A stretch of 64,000 nucleotides of DNA from positions 9,482-73,481 of the forward strand of contig CACHGV010000003.1 in the NCBI GenBank assembly GCA_902579465.1, in the 5' to 3' direction. Position numbers and translations under genes: made by a program. Below are positions 53,101 to 61,092 of the stretch, one piece after another. Within the stretch, counting starts at the first letter, position 1; each line of letters begins with the position of its first letter. This DNA is from an uncultured Pelagibacteraceae bacterium. GTDB lineage: Bacteria; Pseudomonadota; Alphaproteobacteria; Pelagibacterales; Pelagibacteraceae. The notes beneath the pieces are model-generated. The model had not been told where the DNA came from and made no database searches. It saw nothing but the letters and a program-made list of their open reading frames with translations.

Positions 53101-53634
53101 TTAAATTTTTTCAGAAATTTTTATAGCAACCTTAGAACCAGTTTTAATTACTTTATCCATAATCGAATAAAGACCCTTCTTCGTAGCTCCTTCCTCGTAT
53201 GCTATATCTTTATGGTCTAATTCATCTTGTCTAAATTTTATTATTTTTTCTTTCAAGTTCTTTTCGTCCATTTCAATTTGATCAATTTGATTTTTGTAAT
53301 GTTCATCAATTACTTCTTCAACAGATGCAGTACACAACATTGCTGCCTTTTTTCCAAGTATTGTTGAGCCAAATCCAAGGCCCAATCCAAGCAAATCCCA
53401 TAATGGTAAAAATTTTGTTGGTTTTATATTTCTTTTTTCTATTTCATCCTCAAAAAAATTAGAGTGTTCCTCCTCGTGCTTTTTCATTTCACCAATTTTT
53501 TTTTTCAGCTCTTCATTCCTCACAATAGTATTTAGAGCAAGCAGTTGACCTTCATAAATTTTAATTGCACCTCTTTCTCCAGCATGATCTACTCTTATAA
53601 ATTCTTCTAATTTTTTTTTATTTGTTTGCTTCAT
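53101..53634 (-). CDS. coq7: Demethoxyubiquinone hydroxylase (Coq7 diiron)
   Basis: 'RVDHAGERGA', EEEH, 'VEEVIDEHY', 'DELDH'. Confidence 0.95.
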   Translation of the reverse strand: MKQTNKKKLEEFIRVDHAGERGAIKIYEGQLLALNTIVRNEELKKKIGEMKKHEEEHSNFFEDEIEKRNIKPTKFLPLWDLLGLGLGFGSTILGKKAAMLCTASVEEVIDEHYKNQIDQIEMDEKNLKEKIIKFRQDELDHKDIAYEEGATKKGLYSIMDKVIKTGSKVAIKISEKI

Positions 53635-54100
53635 AAACTAATGTTCTAATAGAAATAATAACAATTAAAATTGATAAAATTGTATTAATTGCCGCTAGTG
53701 ATACTCCAAGAATTTTAAAAGTAGCATCTTTGCAGTCGACTGGCATGTTTTTGTTGAGAGTTTCAAGTAATTTTGACTTATTTGATATATCTAGAGAGTT
53801 ATTAGTACAACTAGAAATTTCCTGAATTAAATTATTTTCAATCCCGTAATGATATCCAGAAATTATAGCACTAATAGTAAAAATCATAATTATAACTATT
53901 ATTATTTTGTCATTATTAAAAAAATTAAATCCAATAAAACTTGCAAATATTGCAGCTAGATAAGGCAACCTCTGGTAAATACATAACTTACATGGTTGAT
54001 ACTGCAATATATACTCAATGTATAACGCTGAGATTATTGAAATTAATGAGATAAAAAAAATAATCAGATAAAAATTTTTTCTATTCGGAAATAGGATCAT
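53618..54100 (-). CDS. dsbB: DsbB-family disulfide formation protein
   Basis: 'PCKLCIYQR', 4 TMs, second Cys pair. Confidence 0.88.
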   Translation of the reverse strand: MILFPNRKNFYLIIFFISLISIISALYIEYILQYQPCKLCIYQRLPYLAAIFASFIGFNFFNNDKIIIVIIMIFTISAIISGYHYGIENNLIQEISSCTNNSLDISNKSKLLETLNKNMPVDCKDATFKILGVSLAAINTILSILIVIISIRTLVYEANK

Positions 54101-54102
54101 AT

Positions 54103-54711
54103 TTAACTAATAAAATTATTTAAAAATTTATATATAAAATAAGCAAAAATAATCAAAACAACTGATATCAAAATAGAGAATTTAAAAAGTTTTTTTTCAA
54201 TAATTTTTTTCATTGTAGGTCCAAAGTTTCCAATTAAAAATGCTATCAAAAAAAAACGTGAACCTCTGGTTAAAATAGAAATAATAATAAAATATAAAAT
54301 ATTGAAGTTAATGAAACCACTTGTTATTGTTAGTAGTTTGAAAGGCACTGGAGAAAATCCAGCAATTGCTAAGAGAGTTATCCAGGCTATAACCCCACCT
54401 TCTGAAGATACTTTATCTTTTAAAAATGAAGCATCATCTACACCATAAATTTCAAAAATTTTAAGGCCAATTTCATTGAAGAAAACATATCCAATAAAGT
54501 AACCAAGGCATGCTCCCAAAATAGATCCTATAGTTGCAATTAATGCAATTCTAATCCATTCATGTTTTCGAGCTATTGTCATAGGAATTATCAAAACATC
54601 GGGTGGTATTGGGAATATAAAACTCTCAATAAAAGATACAAATCCCAAAATAGATTTGGATCTTTTATGACCCGCTAGTTTGATAGTTTTATTGTACAGT
54701 TCTTTAAACAT
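54103..54711 (-). CDS. YqaA/DedA-family membrane protein
   Basis: 'ESFIFPIPPD', 'SPVPFK', 'RGSRF'. Confidence 0.9.
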   Translation of the reverse strand: MFKELYNKTIKLAGHKRSKSILGFVSFIESFIFPIPPDVLIIPMTIARKHEWIRIALIATIGSILGACLGYFIGYVFFNEIGLKIFEIYGVDDASFLKDKVSSEGGVIAWITLLAIAGFSPVPFKLLTITSGFINFNILYFIIISILTRGSRFFLIAFLIGNFGPTMKKIIEKKLFKFSILISVVLIIFAYFIYKFLNNFIS

Positions 54712-54768
54712 ATTTTCTTTTAATATAATAAATGATTTAATACTATTAGTTAAAATATACTAAGTTTT

Positions 54769-54855
54769 GGGCGAATGGCGGAACTGGTAGACGCGTTGGA
54801 CTCAAAATCCAATAGTAGCAATACTGTGAGAGTTCGATTCTCTCTTTGCCCACCA
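54769..54855 (+). tRNA. tRNA-Leu(CAA)
   Basis: GGGCGAA/TTTGCCC acceptor stem, TTGGA-CT-CAA-AA-TCCAA anticodon arm, long variable arm, GTTCGA T-loop, encoded CCA. Confidence 0.97.
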
Positions 54856-54862
54856 ACAATTT

Positions 54863-56563
54863 ATGAGTACACGAAATATTAATAATTTAGTCGAACTGTT
54901 TTTCACTAGTTATAAAAAACAAAAAAAAGATAATATTCTTTTAACATCCTTAAAAGACACTAGTAATTATTTTACATGGGAAAAAACATTTCACTCAATT
55001 AAAAAACTTTCCTCAGAAATTAAGAAATATGCAAATAAAGGCGATAGATGTTTATTAATATCTGAAAATAGACCTGAGTGGTTTATAACTGATCTTTCAG
55101 TAATGTTATCTGAAGCTATAACTGTTCCAGCTTATACAACTTATGCAGAAAAAGATTACGAATATATAATTGAAAATTGTAATCCAAAATTAGTCTTTGT
55201 TTCTAATCAAGAACAATTTAATAAAGTTAAAGAAATTATAAAAAAAAAGAGTTTTGTTGCAAAAATATTTTCTTTTGAACAATTAGATATAGATTCTGAG
55301 AGTTATATTAATTTTAATAAATTATTTTCTAATTTAGATTACCAAGATTTAAATATTCCAGACTTATCAATAAAAAGGAATGATCCAGCTTGCATTATCT
55401 ATACATCAGGAACACAAGGTAATCCAAAAGGTGTAATCTTAAGTCATGGTGGTATTTTAAATAATTGTGATGGTGCACTTGATATATTAAAACCTTTACT
55501 AACAGATCAGACAAGATTTTTAACTTGGTTGCCTCTTTCACATTCTTATGAACACACTGTTCAGTTTGTTCAAATAAGTGTTGGAGCAAAAATATTTTAC
55601 GCAGAAAGTATTGAAAAATTAATTAAAAATATGAATGATTGCAAACCTCAACTAATGACAGCTGTGCCTAGATTTTACCAAAATTTATTTCAGAAAATTA
55701 ATGCAAGTTTTAATAAAGCAAAAGGATTAAAGAAAAGTTTAGTATTAAAAATGTTAGAACTAGGAACCAAGAAGATAAACAAACAACCTTTAACAATTAT
55801 AGAAAAATTAATTGATAATATTTTAGAAAAAATTGTAAGAAAAAAAATTAAAAGCCAATTTGGAGGTGAGTTAAAAACCTTCGTTTCAGGTGGAGGAGCA
55901 CTTGATAAAGAAGTTGGTATTTTTTTAAATGCTATTGGACTACCTACATTACAAGGATATGGATTAACCGAGACCTCTCCAGTTGTGAGTTGTAACCCAA
56001 TTGATGATATCAGGGTTGAGACTGTAGGTCCCCCGTTTAAAGGTAATGAGGTAAAAATAGCCTTTGATGGAGAAATTTTAGTTAAAGGTGAAAATGTAAT
56101 GTTAGGCTATTGGAATAATCAAGAAGAAACTAATAAAGTTTTAAAAGATGGTTGGTTACATACAGGTGATATTGGAATTTTTGAGAATGGTTATTTAAAA
56201 ATTACTGACAGAAAAAAAGATATTTTGATTACACCTGGAGGGGATAATATTTCTCCGGTTAAGATAGAAAATGAATTATCAAATTCAAAATTTATTGATC
56301 AATCAATTGTTTATGGAGATAATAAACCATACTTAGTTGCTTTATTGGTTTTGTCTGAAGAAAATTTGAATATTACTCATGAACAAATAGAAAAAGAAAT
56401 TAATAAAGTAAATCAAAACCTTGCAAAAATAGAACAAATAAAAAAATTTTTTATAATTAATGAAAAATTTTCAATTGAAAATGGAATGCTAACCCCAACT
56501 TTAAAACTTAAAAGATATAAAATAGTTACAAAATATAAAAATCAATTTGAAAAACTTTACTAA
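54863..56563 (+). CDS. Long-chain fatty acid--CoA ligase (AMP-binding)
   Basis: 'YTSGTQGNPKG', 'QGYGLTE', 'GWLHTGD', 'TPTLKLKR'. Confidence 0.93.
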   Translation: MSTRNINNLVELFFTSYKKQKKDNILLTSLKDTSNYFTWEKTFHSIKKLSSEIKKYANKGDRCLLISENRPEWFITDLSVMLSEAITVPAYTTYAEKDYEYIIENCNPKLVFVSNQEQFNKVKEIIKKKSFVAKIFSFEQLDIDSESYINFNKLFSNLDYQDLNIPDLSIKRNDPACIIYTSGTQGNPKGVILSHGGILNNCDGALDILKPLLTDQTRFLTWLPLSHSYEHTVQFVQISVGAKIFYAESIEKLIKNMNDCKPQLMTAVPRFYQNLFQKINASFNKAKGLKKSLVLKMLELGTKKINKQPLTIIEKLIDNILEKIVRKKIKSQFGGELKTFVSGGGALDKEVGIFLNAIGLPTLQGYGLTETSPVVSCNPIDDIRVETVGPPFKGNEVKIAFDGEILVKGENVMLGYWNNQEETNKVLKDGWLHTGDIGIFENGYLKITDRKKDILITPGGDNISPVKIENELSNSKFIDQSIVYGDNKPYLVALLVLSEENLNITHEQIEKEINKVNQNLAKIEQIKKFFIINEKFSIENGMLTPTLKLKRYKIVTKYKNQFEKLY

Positions 56564-56674
56564 AAAGTTTTGATAAAACACTTTATTAATAGCGATTTAT
56601 TTAACTTTTTTAATTTTTAAAAAAAAAAATAAAAAAAAATATTTTTTTAAATTTTTTTTCAAAAAATTATATGT

Positions 56675-56733
56675 TTGACATAACTATGCAAAAAAAATAA
56701 AAATTAGTAATTAACGAATCATAAAGATTCGTT
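56675..56733 (+). promoter_or_regulatory. Promoter and paired-GANTC inverted repeat upstream of the basic peptide gene
   Basis: TTGACA(56675-80)-N17-TAAAAA; AACGAATC-ATAAA-GATTCGTT (56713-56733); long A/T tracts upstream. Confidence 0.65.
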
Positions 56734-56755
56734 TATAAAAAAAAGGGAGCTAAAG

Positions 56756-56839
56756 ATGGCTAAAAGAAAAAAGAAAGCTGCTAAAAAGAAAACTAAGAAA
56801 AAAGCTAAGAAAAAAGCTAAGAAGAAAAAAAGAAGATAG
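56756..56839 (+). CDS. 27-aa Lys/Arg/Ala-rich peptide (MAKRKKKAAKKKTKKKAKKKAKKKKRR), histone-H1-tail/protamine-like
   Basis: AAGGGAG RBS (56743-49) 6 nt before the ATG; own promoter and terminator; in-frame GCT/ACT codons punctuate Lys triplets. Confidence 0.8.
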   Translation: MAKRKKKAAKKKTKKKAKKKAKKKKRR

Positions 56840-56861
56840 TTTAGTATTCTTTTTAACTGAT

Positions 56862-56901
56862 AACGCTTCTCATGGCGCTTGCGTGGGAAGCGTTTTTTTT
56901 T
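56862..56901 (+). terminator. Intrinsic terminator after the basic peptide gene
   Basis: AACGCTTCTCATG...CGTGGGAAGCGTT stem with G-U pairs valid on the + transcript, followed by a T tract. Confidence 0.85.
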
Positions 56902-57727
56902 ACTCTACTATTTCTTGATTAATTATTTCTTCTTTGATTGGTTTTTCTTCAATTTTTTCTACTTGTTTCTCTAAGTTTCTTTTAAGAGCTTTATCAAGTT
57001 TTTTCTGAGCATTTTCTAAGCTTGAACCAATCACAATTTGGAACTCTGTTAATAATCTATCATAGGCTTTTTCAAATAATTGTCTTTCACTATATGACTG
57101 GTCGATCATAATATCATCACCCTTATTAAGATCTCTCACGACTTCTGCTAAGTCATATATTTTACCAGATGAAATTTTTGCTTCATACTCTTGAGCTCTT
57201 CGACTCCACATTGAACGCTTAATTTTTGGTTTACTTTTTAAAATACTTACACATTTATTAATTTGGTTAATAGTTGCAAGAGGTCTTAAATGAGATTGTT
57301 TATTTACAGGAACCATTCCATTTGCTTTATCTTTTTCAAATTTTAAAATATATGTTTCAACGTCAATTCCACCTATATTAATTTTTTTGGTTTCAGTTAT
57401 TTGACCAACACCATGTTTTGGATATACAACATAATCTTTAGCCTTAAACAACCTTTTCTCAGTTTCTTGTTTTTTTACTTTTTTGATTTCAGGTTTTTGT
57501 TCATTATTTTTAGGAATTCTTAATGGATCAGTTTTTGTTTCGACTTTTTCTTTTTTTTTTTGATTTTTAATTATTTTTTTTTTATTTAAATCTTTAGTTA
57601 TTTTTTTTACCTTTAATGTTTTTGTATTTTTTTTTACTTTTACAGTTTTCTTTGTTGAGGTAGTCTTTTTTTTTGCAACTTTTTTAGTTTTTTTTTTATT
57701 CAAGATTTTCTTTAAAATATTCTTCAT
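56900..57727 (-). CDS. carD: CarD/CdnL transcription factor with Lys-rich N-terminal extension
   Basis: 'VVYPKHGVG', '[12 protein letters not shown]', 'AEVVRDL', 'QSYSERQLF'; follows fdxA. Confidence 0.93.
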   Translation of the reverse strand: MKNILKKILNKKKTKKVAKKKTTSTKKTVKVKKNTKTLKVKKITKDLNKKKIIKNQKKKEKVETKTDPLRIPKNNEQKPEIKKVKKQETEKRLFKAKDYVVYPKHGVGQITETKKINIGGIDVETYILKFEKDKANGMVPVNKQSHLRPLATINQINKCVSILKSKPKIKRSMWSRRAQEYEAKISSGKIYDLAEVVRDLNKGDDIMIDQSYSERQLFEKAYDRLLTEFQIVIGSSLENAQKKLDKALKRNLEKQVEKIEEKPIKEEIINQEIVE

Positions 57728-58025
57728 ATTTATTTTTTACATCTTTAAATTTTTCATGATCCGTTGGAGGATCTTTTTTTTCACTAATATTTGGCCATAC
57801 ATCTGCAAACTTTTTGTTTATCTCCATCCACTTGCCATTATCATCGTCATTATCTGATATTATGGCGTCCACTGGACATTCTGGCTCACAAACGCCACAA
57901 TCTATACACTCATCAGGTTTAATTACAAGCATATTTTTTCCTTCATAAAAACAATCAACTGGGCATACCTCTACACAATCCATCAATTTACATTTGATGC
58001 ACTTTTCATTAACTAAATATGTCAT
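57696..58025 (-). CDS. fdxA: Ferredoxin FdxA
   Basis: '[18 protein letters not shown]', '[12 protein letters not shown]'. Confidence 0.97.
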   Translation of the reverse strand: MTYLVNEKCIKCKLMDCVEVCPVDCFYEGKNMLVIKPDECIDCGVCEPECPVDAIISDNDDDNGKWMEINKKFADVWPNISEKKDPPTDHEKFKDVKNKYEEYFKENLE

Positions 58026-58447
58026 GTTTTTTTTTGTCGAACTTTCTCTTTAATGTCACCTACAACTTTTGGATCTAGATAAAGCAGACCAGATAATCTT
58101 CTCATAAGGTTTGTTTCGTACATATCAGCATCTTCATCTGAATATATGATGTCCCATAATGCCTCAATTATGATTTTTTTATCTTCATCACTTATATTTT
58201 TCACTTCTCTGGTAAAGTCAAGTATTTGATTTGAATCTTTTTCTTTTTCTTCTGCATCTTGTATAATTTTATCTATTTCCTTAGTGCCTGCGCCCATTTC
58301 AATAATTGCTTCTTTTATAATTTTTTTTTCTTTATCTGTATAATTCTCATCAATTTTAGCTGAGTGAATTAACAAACAAGCAACTCCTATTATCGAAGGA
58401 TGGTTATCTTTTTTTTCAGTTTCCTCTTTCTTGAAAATATTAAACAT
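58022..58447 (-). CDS. TerB-like (tellurite-resistance-fold) protein
   Basis: '[11 protein letters not shown]', 'LWDIIYSD...YETNLMRRL'. Confidence 0.8.
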   Translation of the reverse strand: MFNIFKKEETEKKDNHPSIIGVACLLIHSAKIDENYTDKEKKIIKEAIIEMGAGTKEIDKIIQDAEEKEKDSNQILDFTREVKNISDEDKKIIIEALWDIIYSDEDADMYETNLMRRLSGLLYLDPKVVGDIKEKVRQKKT

Positions 58448-60930
58448 TATTTTAAGTTAAGTTGTGAAAGAACATTAAACGGATTATCATTCATATTCTT
58501 ATTGGTTTCTTTTTTAATTATTTTTCTCAATGGTATATATCTAAAGTGTAGATTATTTTCTTTTTCATAAATTTTATAATTCATCTTTTTAATTAATTTC
58601 ACAAAATTTTCTTTATTACAACCTAGCAAATTCAACATTTCAGGAATTAATTTTATCTCTTTAATTTTATCTTCGGATTTAGTATTAAAAATCATTAAAA
58701 ATAACCTCTCTAAAATATCTATCCTAACATATAGATTTTCAAACTTTTCAAAACCGCATAAAAGCATCAAATTTTTATCAAGTGTCTTCTTTTCTTCTAA
58801 AAAGTTTAATCCAAAAGTTGGTGGTAAGAAGTCAAAATTTCTATCATAAAAGTTTTTCCATAAAAGAATTCTTAAGGATACAGAGCTTGGTTTAAATAAT
58901 TTAAACAAAAAAATGTGATATCTACCAAATTTTACACCTAAGTTTCTTAATTTTTTCCTCTCATCCTGATTAAGTTTATTTAAATAATTTATAACTTCAT
59001 CTCTTTTAACAACTCCATTATTTTCATATAGATGATAAGCTAAAGCTCTTAGTTCTGAATTATTATCTTTAACATTTTTTAAATCTATAAGACTTTGTAA
59101 CTCTGTTTCAATTTTATCATTTAGCCAGGACTGTAAATAAGAAATAAGTCTTAATTTTTCATTATTTTCAATCATTTCATCAATAATTATTTGAATTTGT
59201 GGATTTAGATAATCCGAGCCTGGAACTAATTTAGCTATCTGATTATTGTTCCAATAAATTTTAAAATCATCTTTCAGTTCAATTAAGCCAGTTTCAATTA
59301 TTTGAGTTATTCTTTTGATAATTTCGGGAACTACATTTTGTCTTGCAGCCTTTTTTAATGATTTTACATCTGCATCCAATGTATCAACTTTAAGATCTAA
59401 CTCTAATTTTAAACCTTTTAAACGCCCAATAAACTGTTCATTTATCATTACTTCTTCTTCATTAATAATCTCTGTTTCAAAAGTAATATCTTGCTTTAAA
59501 CCTCTAGCTAAAACACTTGCTCTTTTGTCTATAAATGTTTTTGTTAACTCCTCATGGAGTCTATCCGATAACTTGTCTTCTAGATTTTTAGTTCTTTCAA
59601 TCCAATAGTCCTGATTTTCAACCCAATTTGATTTATTTGACACGTATGCCCAGGTTCTGACATTAGCAATTCTATTAGATAAAGAGTCGACATTTCCATC
59701 TAATTTATCCAATAAAGATAACTGTTCTTTCATATAGTGATTTGGAACTTTTTTATCTCTACTTGTTAAAAAACTAAAAATTTTACTTACAACTTCATAG
59801 TGATGACCATACGTTTTTTTTACAAAATCAGGTATTTGGCAACATTCCCATAGTATTTCTAATACTTTGCCATTATCTTGGATTTCAATATTTGTTGCTT
59901 CTTTTAAAAAGTATTTTAATACCTTTTCATCTTGGCATTCATTTATTCGTCTTAGCCAGTCTTTTAGCGGTTTTTCCTCTAAAGATTTTAACAATGAAAC
60001 TTTATTATTAAAATTCAATTTTGAATTTCTCCAAAAAATAGTTTGTATATCTGGAAAGTTATGAGATTCTAGTGCTTCAATTTCCTCAGCTCCTATTTCT
60101 TTACATTCTCCAGTCGTACCAAACATACCATCATTTAAATATCTACCTGCTCTACCTGCTATCTGTCCAATTTCTGAAATATTCAAATTTCTTAATTTTT
60201 TGCCATCAAACTTTTTTAAATTTGAAAAATAAACATTGTCTAGATCCATATTTATTCCCATTCCAATTGCATCTGTTGCAACTAAATAATCAACATCACC
60301 TGATTGGTATAAATTTACTTGTGAGTTTCTTGTTTTTGGACTAAGTGAACCCATAACAATAGCTGCTCCACCTTTTTGACGTCTAATTAATTCTGCTATC
60401 GCGTATACTTCTTCAGTAGAAAAAGCAATTACAGCACTTTTTCTATCTATTCTTGAAATCTTTTTGTGTCCACCAAAAGATAATTTAGAGAGTCTTTCTC
60501 TATTTTTAAATTCAACATCATCATCAAGTTTTTGGATGATTTTTTTGATAGAGTTTGAACCCATTAACATAGTAAGCTTTTCACCTCTCATATGTAACAA
60601 TCTATCTGTAAAAATATGACCTCTCTCGTGATCATTACACATTTGTATTTCATCTATACCAACAAATTCTAAACTTTTATCTAATGGCATAGACTCAACA
60701 GTGCAAAGAAAATATTTTGCATTTATTGGAATTATTTTTTCTTCACCTGTAATTAAAGCAACTTTTGACGGATCTATTTTTTTTATAATTTTGTCATATA
60801 CTTCTCTTGCTAAAAGTCTTAAAGGGAAACCAATCATACCTGAATCAAAAGAAAGCATAGTTTCAATTGCTAGGAAAGTTTTTCCAGTATTGGTAGGTCC
60901 GAGTACTGCTGTGATTTTATTTTTTGTCAT
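58447..60930 (-). CDS. SUV3-like SF2 helicase (MgpS-type)
   Basis: 'GPTNTGKT', DEIQ, 'ATDAIGMG', 'QIAGRAGR'; likely ATG 60930 rather than 60963. Confidence 0.9.
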   Translation of the reverse strand: MTKNKITAVLGPTNTGKTFLAIETMLSFDSGMIGFPLRLLAREVYDKIIKKIDPSKVALITGEEKIIPINAKYFLCTVESMPLDKSLEFVGIDEIQMCNDHERGHIFTDRLLHMRGEKLTMLMGSNSIKKIIQKLDDDVEFKNRERLSKLSFGGHKKISRIDRKSAVIAFSTEEVYAIAELIRRQKGGAAIVMGSLSPKTRNSQVNLYQSGDVDYLVATDAIGMGINMDLDNVYFSNLKKFDGKKLRNLNISEIGQIAGRAGRYLNDGMFGTTGECKEIGAEEIEALESHNFPDIQTIFWRNSKLNFNNKVSLLKSLEEKPLKDWLRRINECQDEKVLKYFLKEATNIEIQDNGKVLEILWECCQIPDFVKKTYGHHYEVVSKIFSFLTSRDKKVPNHYMKEQLSLLDKLDGNVDSLSNRIANVRTWAYVSNKSNWVENQDYWIERTKNLEDKLSDRLHEELTKTFIDKRASVLARGLKQDITFETEIINEEEVMINEQFIGRLKGLKLELDLKVDTLDADVKSLKKAARQNVVPEIIKRITQIIETGLIELKDDFKIYWNNNQIAKLVPGSDYLNPQIQIIIDEMIENNEKLRLISYLQSWLNDKIETELQSLIDLKNVKDNNSELRALAYHLYENNGVVKRDEVINYLNKLNQDERKKLRNLGVKFGRYHIFLFKLFKPSSVSLRILLWKNFYDRNFDFLPPTFGLNFLEEKKTLDKNLMLLCGFEKFENLYVRIDILERLFLMIFNTKSEDKIKEIKLIPEMLNLLGCNKENFVKLIKKMNYKIYEKENNLHFRYIPLRKIIKKETNKNMNDNPFNVLSQLNLK

Positions 60931-60959
60931 TTCTAGCTTTGGTATAGGTTTTTTTACCA

Positions 60960-60975
60960 ACACTATATATTGTTA
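60960..60975. promoter_or_regulatory. NrdR-box-like palindrome upstream of the helicase
   Basis: ACACTATATATTGTTA versus consensus acaCwAtATaTwGtgt (14/16). Confidence 0.5.
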
Positions 60976-61092
60976 TCTCTAAAGAACAAAAATGGGCTAA
61001 AACTAGTCCGAATCATTGAGGAAAAAGTTCTCATTTTTATTATTTAATGCTTTAAGGTTATCATAATTTCTAAAAATTAAATATATTTTTTT

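Noticed and set aside
54769-56563. tRNA-Leu as an island integration site
   Set aside because: No integrase and no duplicated tRNA 3' end seen; the next gene starts 7 nt after the CCA.
56711-56725. TTAA-N7-TAAA resembling a CtrA box
   Set aside because: One mismatch in very AT-rich DNA; no evidence of ctrA in the window; better explained by the GANTC inverted repeat.
56765-56790. A-AAA-AAG slippery heptamer in the basic peptide ORF, and the idea of a Lys-sensing leader peptide
   Set aside because: The -1 frame stops within a few codons, and the ORF is followed by a terminator and a convergent gene, so there is nothing downstream to attenuate.
60984-61041. LexA-type GAAC-N7-GAAC / GTTC-N7-GTTC boxes upstream of the helicase
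   Set aside because: Only single half-sites are present (GAAC...GGCT; GTTC...TATT).
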